DNA of 64,000 bases from positions 64,001 through 128,000 of IMG/VR virus record IMGVR_UViG_3300047476_000982. One strand, written 5' to 3'. Shown piece by piece: positions 49,986 to 58,927 of the stretch. This DNA comes from a virus. The notes under the pieces are model-generated. The model searched no databases, had not been told where the DNA came from, and was given only the letters and a program-made list of their open reading frames with translations. The position numbers and the translations under genes were made by a program. Every line of letters begins with the position of its first letter. Positions within the stretch are counted from its first letter, which is position 1.

Positions 49986-50898
49986 TTATTTAATTTTAAC
50001 TTCACCATTAATTAATAGGTCTGCTATTTTCTTTTGACCAAGTTCTACTTTCTCCTCTAGATTCTCTGCTCTAGCATTTAAATAACCTACAACAAAACCA
50101 TTAATCCAAAAGTACTTATCATTCTCATCACAACCCTGACATCCTTCCCATTGCTTTTCGGCTAGTTGTTCTATTTCTTTTAATGTCATGATTTATTTTT
50201 TAATACCAAACGCATCAAATGCTGATACGGTAGGTAATGGTTTATCCAAATGTACTATACGATATGAATATAATTTATCGATGATTTCTATTAAACGCTT
50301 CTTAGCATTTTCATCAATAATACTACACTCATCAGTATATTCTAATTCTATGTCGGTTGTTTTAATTTTCAGTGTCATAACTTATTTAGTTGATTTAATC
50401 AATTCAATAAATTTATCTAATTCTTGTCTATTAAATACAAATAATTCTAAAGTGTATCTAGTATCATCGAAAAATTTTGATCCTTCTTCTACCTTAACAT
50501 CTTTCCATCTATTTGCAATCATCTCATCTGTAAATCTCTTTACTACTTCGTGTGTAAATCGTGCTTGTATATTATCAAAAACTCGACTTAACTCATACTC
50601 CATTTCTTTAGTCATTACATAATGTGATGTGACTTTGCTACCTACTATCATCTTTGATATTTCTGGTGTCATAACTTATTTATATTCTTTCAATTTTCCT
50701 AATAACAGTTCTATTAACAGGATACATAGCTACTGTTTCTCTATGTTTAATTCCATCCTCATCTTCTCCTATTATCTTCCAAAAATCATAAACACCACTG
50801 CTAGTACCCCAATTAATTCCATCAGCTTCCACCGTTATAAGGTTTGTTATTATACCTAACGGACCACCAACTATTAAATCTAAATGGTATAAGTTCAT
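49986..50898 (-). other. Small hypothetical ORFs (49986-50189, 50193-50378, 50382-50672, 50680-50898)
   Basis: Packed co-oriented ORFs. Confidence 0.5.
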
Positions 50899-50913
50899 TT
50901 GTTATTTCTTTTG

Positions 50914-51051
50914 TAGTCAGGACAGGATTCGAACCTGTATAATTGCCTTTAAAGGGTAAGGGTGGTCAACTAGGAACGGGAACTTTCACCCATCTCGTAT
51001 ACTCTAATCCCTTGGAGGTAACCCTGCGTCTACCAATTTCGCCACCTGACT
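50914..51051 (-). ncRNA. tRNA-like element 3 (138 nt)
   Basis: Same acceptor stem; D arm identical to element 1; ACAGG-TTCGAAT-CCTGT T arm; insert with AGGGT/ACCCT, AAGGG/CCCTT and ATGGG/CCCGT helices. Confidence 0.8.
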
Positions 51052-51059
51052 GACCTTTA

Positions 51060-51857
51060 TTACTTAATAGCTTTTACAAATGGAAGTGCTTGTCCAGACC
51101 ACGTAGATGGTAATACACCATTCCATTTTTGAATTGCTTCTTGTTGCAATAACTCTTGAGTAATACCTCTTGATTTGATAATATTCTCTTGAGCTTGTAG
51201 CTCAGCAAGTTCATTACGTTTCTTTTGTTCAGCAATCTGTTGATCGAGTACAGTAATGTTTGTATTCACCTCATTACGATTATCAATCTTAGCCTTCACT
51301 TTTTCAGAAAAGTCTAGGTTACAGCTAAAGGTTATTAGTTCAAGACCTTTATCTTCAAATGACTTCTTAACAAGCTTCTGTACTACATCTTCAAATCTAA
51401 GTGAACCACCATTAGCCATCAAAGTATCTGTTACATACTTCCTTGATTCTTCTTTAATCAAATCATAAACGTGAGGTTCAAGTACATTGTCTTCTAATGC
51501 ACGCATAAAATCATCTCCTGATCCAAGTCTACTATTCTGGAATACTAGATCAACTACTTTACTCTTCATTACCTTGTAACTGTATAAAGGTTTTGCAGTG
51601 AACTCAGTATTGTCTGCTGCTTTAAGATGTAATAACTTGTCTTCAAAATCTGCTCTTTGTTCAAATGCTGGCACTTGGAATAGTTCTGTTCCAGGACTCA
51701 TTACATTTACCCTACCTTGTTGAGGTGTGTAATCATCCTTACCGTTCTTACCATAATTCTCCATCAATACACCGAAGTAGTTCGGTGCTACACGTTCACA
51801 TGAATCAAATACAAAAATAATTAATAATGCTGCTAAACTGACGATAACTCTTTTCAT
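51060..51857 (-). CDS. SPFH/Band 7 (prohibitin-like) lipoprotein; probable start at 51857
   Basis: MKRVIVSLAALLIIFVFDS-C lipoprotein signal; VAPNYFGV, coiled coil, EAIQKWNGVLP C-terminal SPFH signature. Confidence 0.85.
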   Translation of the reverse strand: MKRVIVSLAALLIIFVFDSCERVAPNYFGVLMENYGKNGKDDYTPQQGRVNVMSPGTELFQVPAFEQRADFEDKLLHLKAADNTEFTAKPLYSYKVMKSKVVDLVFQNSRLGSGDDFMRALEDNVLEPHVYDLIKEESRKYVTDTLMANGGSLRFEDVVQKLVKKSFEDKGLELITFSCNLDFSEKVKAKIDNRNEVNTNITVLDQQIAEQKKRNELAELQAQENIIKSRGITQELLQQEAIQKWNGVLPSTWSGQALPFVKAIK

Positions 51858-51859
51858 TT

Positions 51860-52012
51860 TTATTTGTTTTTTAAATACTGATTGAATCCTAAAATAATTA
51901 TAAATCCTAAACCAAATGCAAGCCATGGGTTAATATGATTAAATGACCATGCTATTGCAAATACAGATAGAAGAACTATCAATATCAAAATTAAATATTT
52001 ATTGTTTATCAT
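51860..52012 (-). CDS. Small membrane protein (50 aa; below ORF-track cutoff)
   Basis: MINNKYLILILIVLLSVFAIAWSFNHINPWLAFGLGFIIILGFNQYLKNK*; immediately upstream of the SPFH gene. Confidence 0.65.
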   Translation of the reverse strand: MINNKYLILILIVLLSVFAIAWSFNHINPWLAFGLGFIIILGFNQYLKNK

Positions 52013-52027
52013 AAAAATCTATTTTTG

Positions 52028-52127
52028 TAGTCAGGACAGGATTCGAACCTATACTCCGGCAAGTGCTTGGTACTATTCCCTCTCGGGCTACTCCCATTTC
52101 CGTCTGCTGCCATTACAATACCTGACT
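52028..52127 (-). ncRNA. tRNA-like element 4 (100 nt)
   Basis: Same acceptor stem; variant D arm TTGT-AATGGCA-GCAG; ATAGG-TTCGAAT-CCTGT T arm; insert contains CCC-GAGA-GGG GNRA hairpin. Confidence 0.75.
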
Positions 52128-52135
52128 ATTTTTAT

Positions 52136-52360
52136 TTACTTATTTCTTTTTATTGAACTTAATGCTTTGTACCCGCTATTTTTTATTGATTCCCCTATCT
52201 TTTCATATCCTCTCCAAACTTCTGATGCCCAAGTATATCTTGGGTTGATTGCTTTTCCGAAGTTTAATTCCCCGTCATAATCAACTCCAGCCCAATCAAC
52301 TTCTGGTGGCTGGTTACGGAAAACCTCTTGTCCAATTTCATTTTGTCCTTGATATTTCAT
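52136..52360 (-). CDS. Small hypothetical protein; probable start MKYQGQNE at 52360
   Basis: The longer start at 52435 overlaps tRNA-like element 5. Confidence 0.55.
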   Translation of the reverse strand: MKYQGQNEIGQEVFRNQPPEVDWAGVDYDGELNFGKAINPRYTWASEVWRGYEKIGESIKNSGYKALSSIKRNK

Positions 52361-52374
52361 AACTTTTAATTTAG

Positions 52375-52507
52375 TAGTCAGGACAGGATTCGAACCTGTA
52401 TTAGCTGTATGCAACCCGTAGCAGGATGTGACCAATTACGTCATTGGCTTGACAGAGCATACATTTAATCCCACACTAATAGCGTTTACCAGTTCCGCCA
52501 CCTGACT
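52375..52507 (-). ncRNA. tRNA-like element 5 (133 nt)
   Basis: Same acceptor stem; GCG-GAACTGGTAAA-CGC D arm; ACAGG-TTCGAAT-CCTGT T arm; insert ATTAG/CTAAT, TGTATGC/GCATACA, CCAAT/ATTGG helices. Confidence 0.8.
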
Positions 52508-52602
52508 ATTTGCTGTCTCTCCAAGCTGTCATACCACTTTGTATTCTGTTCTGGGGTATACCCGTTCCTAACGGTAAAGCGGTATCAAAAACCAGTATGA
52601 GT

Positions 52603-54224
52603 TTAATCTGCTAACAATTTCCTCCACCTTTGCTGCTCTTTATAAGGATCCACTACATAAGCATTAATCTCTTTCATAGCCTCATCTATACTAGTGAATG
52701 GAATTGTTTTACATCCAACAGTAACAATACATCCTATAGATAGAAATTCAATTTTAATTGGATATTCTCTAAGATAATAATTTCGGCTCATTGGTTCCTG
52801 AATTTTTACTCCTAGTTCTTCTTGCATTACTCTTGGTTCTGGAACATCTTGTAGTCTGTGATCGTACATAACTGTTTATTTTTGTTTTTATTAATTTCTA
52901 TTTATTTTATTTCAAATAAGTGCCACACAAATGGTCCATCTAGATAAGTTTCTATGTACTCTTTATTTGTATCATCAAAAGGGTGTCCTGTGCCTATAAC
53001 CTCAAACATTCTAGTTTCAGTTTCCATTTCTGGATCCACCTTTGCCCAAATACAAACATTGAATGAGTCTTGTACTTTAACTGCTAAGATCTCTGCGCCT
53101 TTTGGCATTTCTAATACGTTTTCTACTTTATACTTCCAAATCTCTTTCATAATTTATTTATCTGATATCTTAAGTCCACAATACAAATCAAGCCACGCCA
53201 TTTCACGCGCAGCTATTTTCGAATAGTGACGCTTCTTCTTCTTAATATGTTTAGTTCCCCATTCTCTCCACTCCTTATTCTGTTCTTCAGTCATGGTATA
53301 CTGTTGGAACCATTCATCAGTCCTACCTTCTACATCTTCAAACTTAAGATCGTGGCCTGCTATCTCAAACATCTTATCAATAAGTTCTTTAAGAAGCGCC
53401 CTCTCTTTGTTTGCTTTTATTTCTTGTCTTGTCATTGCTGTTTTCTTTTCGGGCCCATATATTTTTTATAGTTCCACTTAGGTCCACCTTGAAGTCTTGG
53501 TGTATAGCTATACCCTTTCTTTTTCGGGTACAAACAACTACTTCTTTTTCCTGTTACACAACCTGTAAATAGAATAGATCCTACAATTAATAATAGTACG
53601 GATGCTAGTTTAAAATTTTTCATATATGCTGTTTTAAAAGTTATTCCCTTTCTATTAAGGATTCAACTAATACCCAAATTAGAAAAAGAATACCTAAAAC
53701 TAAATTATCCATTCCAAACAGAACAGACAGTCCTAGTCCTACTACTAATTTAATTGATTTTAATCCTTGTTTAATAAATTTATTAGACCAATATTGATAA
53801 TAATTCCTCATTTCGTACGATTTTTATATATACCAAATATATGACATTTCACGGACCAGAGAAATTCTAACTTTTTAGTGAGTTAATCTCTTCTCTTAAC
53901 TCCACTAGACTCTTCTTATCTAATTCCATTTGGAGTAGCTGACCTATTACATAGCTAGTAACTATCTTTGATCTTTCTAGTAGGACATGATCCGGCTCTT
54001 TACAACCCGGGTCTGCAAATTTGTTTTCGATTATAAATTTAACTACTTTGATAATCTCTGTTGCTTCTTTTTTCATTCTCTATTTCTTTTCTTAGTTTTT
54101 GAATTTCTAATCTGTCTTTTTGATATTCATCGTTTTCGGACGGTCGGTGGCCATTGATCACGGCTCTAGTTACTTTTAGTTCTAGCGCTATTACTTTAGA
54201 TATTCTAGGGTCTTGCCAATTCAT
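52603..54224 (-). other. Cluster of small hypothetical ORFs (52603-52869, 52902-53150, 53154-53435, 53432-53623 lipoprotein-like, 53867-54076, 54039-54224)
   Basis: Packed ORFs; 53432-53623 has an LFTG-C lipobox. Confidence 0.5.
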
Positions 54225-54406
54225 AGTCTGTTTATTATTTTATACCATAGCTTTCTTAGTATGAGTCTTGTTATTTCCCATATTAGTAATATGGTTAGGA
54301 CTTCTTGTAGTGTAGTTTCTGGCATATTTGTATTTATGGTATTTTTTAGGCCCTCTCGGAAAGTGCCCTACCCGCGGCCGCGCTTACTCATATCCTTCTA
54401 AACCTC

Positions 54407-54967
54407 TTAGTCCGGAGTATTCACAGATTGTAATTTTTTTTTAGATTCTAATTGACTAACAGTTTCTTCTTCTATACTCTCAACCTTATCTTGGTATCTT
54501 GCAAGTGTAAACAAATAGTCACTAAGTCTATTAATGTATTTAAGTATTGGTGCAGGAAAGTCTTTGAGGTGAACCAACCTTCTTTCTGCTCTTCTACAAA
54601 TAGATCTAGGAAGATGAACCATACCAATAGGAAGAATAAAGTTCTTTAATGGTTCTAATTCTTTTTCCATATCATCAATCCATCTTTCAAGATTTCTTAC
54701 ATCTTTATCTGTTATCTGTTCTAATTTAGATGTATCGAATTTAATAGGATCTGTTCCTATTAATGCACCAATATGAAACAGTTTAATTTGTATCTCTCTT
54801 AACTGTTCATCTCTATCTGTATTATATCTAAGTAGACCAATAGCAGAACTAAGTTCGTCTATATTTCCTGTTGCTTCCATTCTCCAATGGTCTTTAGATA
54901 TTCTTGTACCACCTAAAAGAGAAGTTGTTCCACTATCTCCTGTTTTTGTATATATTTTGTTTGACAT
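54407..54967 (-). CDS. pduO: ATP:cob(I)alamin adenosyltransferase, PduO type
   Basis: KIYTKTGDSGTTSL.GG.RISKD..R.EA.GNIDELSSAIG, R.ICRRAERR.V, YINRLSDYLFTLAR. Confidence 0.92.
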   Translation of the reverse strand: MSNKIYTKTGDSGTTSLLGGTRISKDHWRMEATGNIDELSSAIGLLRYNTDRDEQLREIQIKLFHIGALIGTDPIKFDTSKLEQITDKDVRNLERWIDDMEKELEPLKNFILPIGMVHLPRSICRRAERRLVHLKDFPAPILKYINRLSDYLFTLARYQDKVESIEEETVSQLESKKKLQSVNTPD

Positions 54968-55340
54968 ATCTATTTAATTTAATTCTTAATGGATAATACC
55001 ATTCGTACTTTATAAAATTCAATAACTTAAAATGTTCATTAACATCTTTTTCCCATCTAAAAATATAATCCATTAGTTCCCTCATTTCAGTCTCAGAAGG
55101 TTTCTTTGCCTTAAATTCTTCTGTATCAGTCCAATAGAATAATCTTATATCATCCCATATTCTACCCATACCTTTATCTTGTAATTCACCGTATGAAATT
55201 ATATAAGTAGGAAAGTCGTGGATCATAAACATCTGCCTTCTCTTTTCTTTTCTAGTAGGAAACTTTATTCCTGGTCTATATTCATCGTACCAATAAGTGT
55301 ACCATCTGGAAGTGCCGAAGCGACTGTATGCCATAGTCAT
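54933..55340 (-). CDS. Hypothetical protein (MAYSRF start, aromatic-rich)
   Basis: ORF track. Confidence 0.5.
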   Translation of the reverse strand: MTMAYSRFGTSRWYTYWYDEYRPGIKFPTRKEKRRQMFMIHDFPTYIISYGELQDKGMGRIWDDIRLFYWTDTEEFKAKKPSETEMRELMDYIFRWEKDVNEHFKLLNFIKYEWYYPLRIKLNRYVKQNIYKNRR

Positions 55341-55344
55341 AGTA

Positions 55345-55563
55345 TTAAATTACTAATAAGATATTTGAAGGTTGAGTAACAGACAAACCTATGTTTCCAT
55401 TAGAATATATTCTCATTCTTTCTACACCATGAACACCAATCATTCTATCAGTATTATTAGTTGAATTAATAACTAATTTTTGTGGTTCTGGTTCTATCTT
55501 AGGCAACGCAGTTGCTACTGCTGCCATTGTAAATAGCTTTAGAAAGTTCCTCCTATTATTCAT
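55345..55563 (-). CDS. Small protein with twin-arginine (Tat) signal
   Basis: MNNRRNFLK + hydrophobic stretch. Confidence 0.6.
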   Translation of the reverse strand: MNNRRNFLKLFTMAAVATALPKIEPEPQKLVINSTNNTDRMIGVHGVERMRIYSNGNIGLSVTQPSNILLVI

Positions 55564-55835
55564 TATATGTTTGCTTTTCTAAGTGTTGCTTTATATTGAT
55601 CTAGAGAGAGTACTCCATTTGTAGGTTGAATAAATTCTACTTTGTCAGCATCTGTCTTCTTTACAACGAGAGGATGATATTGTTCTCCTTCATGAGTAAT
55701 AGTAAGAACACTAGGTACAAGCACTTCTTCTTTTGGTTCTTCTTTCTTTGGAGTATACGATGCTACTTTAGCTGCTACAACTCCACTAACAAATGTTGCT
55801 AGCCCTTTAAAAAATGATCTGCGATTGTTTTCCAT
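55563..55835 (-). CDS. Small protein with twin-arginine (Tat) signal
   Basis: MENNRRSFFK + hydrophobic stretch. Confidence 0.6.
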   Translation of the reverse strand: MENNRRSFFKGLATFVSGVVAAKVASYTPKKEEPKEEVLVPSVLTITHEGEQYHPLVVKKTDADKVEFIQPTNGVLSLDQYKATLRKANI

Positions 55836-55840
55836 ATTTT

Positions 55841-56554
55841 TTATTTTGTATTTTCATTAATGAACTTAAGTAGGTTTCCTGAGTATTCATGCCAACCTAC
55901 ATGTTTTAAATTAACTTCTGGATGAATTAATACCTGCCCTCCTGATTTTTTCCATAAAGAACAAAAACCCCAATCTTCACTTTCATAGATTCCCCTATTA
56001 TTTATTCCTACTTTAAATAAGTCATAAAAGTAATCGTTAGTACCATATCCATCTATATCATTATTGTATTTTAATTCAGGATGTTCACCCATCAAAGATT
56101 TAATAACCCATTTCTTAATCATTAAAAATCCTGTAGGTAAATAATCTAATTCTATAAAATTATCTTCTGTTATCTTTATTTCTCCTCCAACTGGAAAATC
56201 AACTCTCTCAGCATTAGGATTATTTTTTAATCTATCCCAAGTAATATATTTTTTTGGGTATATTCCAGCAATAACCGGTTTATTTGATTCTAATAATTTA
56301 AATACATCTTCTGGTTCAAATATGATATCTGAGTCAATAAATAATAAATGAGTTGAGTCAGGATCATCCATAAAATGTGCGACAGCGGCATTACGTGCTC
56401 TAGATACTAAACTTTCAAAAAATATAGGATAAAATGTACAGTTAATTCCTTTATCTCTTACAGTATTAACTAATCTAAGAATACTCATCATGTATTCTGT
56501 ATTACATGTATGATTGTAACAAATTAAAGGTATAAATAGTTTCACTGTTTTCAT
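55841..56554 (-). CDS. GT-A-fold glycosyltransferase-like protein
   Basis: ESLVSRARNAAV, THLLFIDSDI (DxD), YLPTGFLMIKK, SEDWGFC, VNLKHVG. Confidence 0.75.
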   Translation of the reverse strand: MKTVKLFIPLICYNHTCNTEYMMSILRLVNTVRDKGINCTFYPIFFESLVSRARNAAVAHFMDDPDSTHLLFIDSDIIFEPEDVFKLLESNKPVIAGIYPKKYITWDRLKNNPNAERVDFPVGGEIKITEDNFIELDYLPTGFLMIKKWVIKSLMGEHPELKYNNDIDGYGTNDYFYDLFKVGINNRGIYESEDWGFCSLWKKSGGQVLIHPEVNLKHVGWHEYSGNLLKFINENTK

Positions 56555-57213
56555 ATTAATACCATCATTTTTTCATGTCCTATAACTATTTTAGGATCTA
56601 CCCAGATCTTGAACCCTTTATCTTTAATCATATCACAGAATGCTACATCTTCCATAGTAAACTCTTTTATTGTTTTACCACTTAGTTCATACTCTTTCCA
56701 AGTTGGTTGGAACCAAGGATATTCTAAAGATTCAAATACCCCTTTCTTTATTAGCATCCACCCAAAACCTGTATAAGCAACAGGAAATAAATCTTTCTTT
56801 TGTTTAATTGTATCTTGGTTTAAAAATTCATATGTTCCGTTCTTAACAAAATAATCGTGATCCCAATTTTCTACAGTAGCATAGTGAAAGTTATTTTGCA
56901 TTTTGTAAATACCACTCGCAATATCTTTATTATGATCCAGTAATTTAAAAAATTGATCAGGGTTAAATACCATATCGGAGTCTATCCACATAATATAGTC
57001 ATAGTCTACTTTACCTTGAAAAGGTTTTTGTTCTATGCCTTGAATACTGTCTCCACCTAAACACATATTTCTTACATAGTAAAGTAATGGAGAATAATGC
57101 TGGGATATTATAGGTTGTATTCCGTTTGATAAACAAGCATACATTAGTTCAGTCCATGATTGCAAAAATCTACCACTAAACTCTCTACCAGGAAGGCAAA
57201 ATATTATTTTCAT
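56551..57213 (-). CDS. GT-A-fold glycosyltransferase-like protein
   Basis: YYVRNMCL, DYIMWIDSD, YTGFGWMLIKKGVFE, EDVAFC, GHEK. Confidence 0.75.
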   Translation of the reverse strand: MKIIFCLPGREFSGRFLQSWTELMYACLSNGIQPIISQHYSPLLYYVRNMCLGGDSIQGIEQKPFQGKVDYDYIMWIDSDMVFNPDQFFKLLDHNKDIASGIYKMQNNFHYATVENWDHDYFVKNGTYEFLNQDTIKQKKDLFPVAYTGFGWMLIKKGVFESLEYPWFQPTWKEYELSGKTIKEFTMEDVAFCDMIKDKGFKIWVDPKIVIGHEKMMVLI

Positions 57214-57640
57214 TTTACTATTGAATACATTTTTATCTTTGATGTCCTATTCACTTCTTCTATTAACTTATTGATAGTTACTTTCCATTCTTGATATTCC
57301 TTCTTCTTCCTTTTATCTGGCATATCTTCGAACATCTCTTCTATACGATCTACTAGATCAACTACATTAGGCATTAAAAACGATTTGCAATGTTTAAAAT
57401 TAGTTGTTCTTCTTCTTGAGTTAACATATTCCACTTACCATGAAGTTTATCAAGAGCATCTTCATAGAATGATTCACTAACTGAAATAGGTCCTTCTGAA
57501 ATAGCTGTATTTCTTACGCTTCTTGGAAGATATCCGCTATCAATTAAAGAGTCAATTAGATCTTCTACTTCACTATTAGAACATTTAGACACAAATTCAT
57601 CAATATCGATGTCTACATCCTCTACATAAAAACTAGGCAT
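57210..57640 (-). other. Two small hypothetical ORFs (57210-57434, 57374-57640)
   Basis: ORF track. Confidence 0.45.
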
Positions 57641-57815
57641 AACTATTATTTTTATTTGTTATTAATTCTTTACATATTTTAAGTACTTCATTCCAATAAG
57701 ACTGCTCCTTTATGTCCTGAACGTCTTCTAATAAACTATTAACAACTTGAATGCAATCTTCTCCATATCTTTCTACTAAAAAATTCGCTCTATCTTTTAC
57801 TTGCATATACAAAAT

Positions 57816-58571
57816 TTATCTTACTGATCCTACACTTAATTTACCGTCTTCAATTATAAGATATTGTCCTGATGTTTCCATAGTATCTATGAAATAATAT
57901 CTACCTCCTGTAAATTTATCTGAACTTTCTAAGTCGAGTCTCTTCATTTGGGTATGCCCTACAATTTGAATGTAGTCTTTGTTTAATCCTTTCTCATGCT
58001 TTTTATTTGCAACCATCAAAGCACTCGGTCTAATCCAAATCGGTGTCTGTGTTGTGTTATTACCTGTGGATTCAAAACCATTAAAGTCAAATGCTCTAGG
58101 TTTATATCTAAACAATTCATTTAGATCAACTACAACATTTTCTTTTCTCCAATTTTCACCTTCATAAAAATCTTCATCCCCAAAGACTTGATCCATAAAC
58201 ACAGGACTCACACCAGCATGAGTAAATAGATATTCACCAAAACCATAAGCCATTTGTAAATGATGTCTATTCTCATCTATGACTTGCGTAATTGATGGAG
58301 CAATGCCTTTTTGAAAACCTGATGTACCTGTGTATCCTACTTCTGGAAAGTAATGATGATCGTGGTTACCTATTAACAATACTACTTCTACTTGAGGATT
58401 GTCTTCTTTATACTTTACAATCTCTTTAAAGTTATTAATCTGTTCCGCTCCACTAAACTCGAATGAGTCAAAGTAGTCGCCAATGAATATAACTCTATCA
58501 GGCTTTTCTTGGTGAATAGCTAATTTCCAATTAGATCTTCCATGAGTGTCTCCTAGTACTATCGTTTTCAT
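57816..58571 (-). CDS. Calcineurin-like metallophosphoesterase; probable start MKTIVLGD near 58571
   Basis: GDTHG, FIGDYFD, LIGNHD, FTHAG, VGHT motifs. Confidence 0.88.
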   Translation of the reverse strand: MKTIVLGDTHGRSNWKLAIHQEKPDRVIFIGDYFDSFEFSGAEQINNFKEIVKYKEDNPQVEVVLLIGNHDHHYFPEVGYTGTSGFQKGIAPSITQVIDENRHHLQMAYGFGEYLFTHAGVSPVFMDQVFGDEDFYEGENWRKENVVVDLNELFRYKPRAFDFNGFESTGNNTTQTPIWIRPSALMVANKKHEKGLNKDYIQIVGHTQMKRLDLESSDKFTGGRYYFIDTMETSGQYLIIEDGKLSVGSVR

Positions 58572-58915
58572 TTCCACAATATTTGTACCAAAATTATACA
58601 TAATGCAAGAAATAAACAAATTGAAGTCTTTAGTGTTATACCTTCTTTGAATAATATCCAACTTAATATACTAAAGATAATAACTCCAATCCCAAAACCT
58701 AATAGTCTTGAAGGCCACTGCTGTCCATGAAATGCTAAGATAAAATTTTGAACACTCTTCATGAATGCCCAACTAATAGGAAGGCCAAGGAACATAAGAG
58801 CCCAACCGAATTTGTCGGTCCAACCCCATTTAACGCCAGCTTGTAATTGTATGAATGATAAGACTTGTCCTATGATACCATAAAGAACTCCGTAAACTAA
58901 ATTTAACAAAACCAT
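58568..58915 (-). CDS. Four-helix membrane protein (DMT/SMR-like)
   Basis: Four hydrophobic segments in 115 aa. Confidence 0.55.
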   Translation of the reverse strand: MVLLNLVYGVLYGIIGQVLSFIQLQAGVKWGWTDKFGWALMFLGLPISWAFMKSVQNFILAFHGQQWPSRLLGFGIGVIIFSILSWILFKEGITLKTSICLFLALCIILVQILWK

Positions 58916-58927
58916 TTTATTTATTTT

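Noticed and set aside
52002-52280. 92-aa plus-strand ORF, and the extended 52435 start of the minus-strand ORF
   Set aside because: The plus-strand ORF is antisense to tRNA-like element 4 and a real ORF; the extended start runs into element 5.
47042-52507. tRNA-like elements as tmRNA or group I intron-containing tRNAs
   Set aside because: No G3-U70 pair or tag ORF, lengths are only 100-138 nt, and the inserts are far too short for self-splicing introns.
1341-58167. Many antisense ORFs in the track (e.g. 1341-1640, 4124-4510, 8823-9242, 15666-15989, 19049-19450, 28205-28522, 30943-31236, 31662-31853, 39982-40239, 50188-50622, 57979-58167)
   Set aside because: They are shadows of well-supported genes on the opposite strand, with Phe/Ser/Leu- or Val-rich low-information translations.
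58572-58661. Upstream extension of the metallophosphoesterase ORF
   Set aside because: It overlaps the membrane-protein gene; the family starts at MKTIVLGD, which is coupled to the upstream stop.
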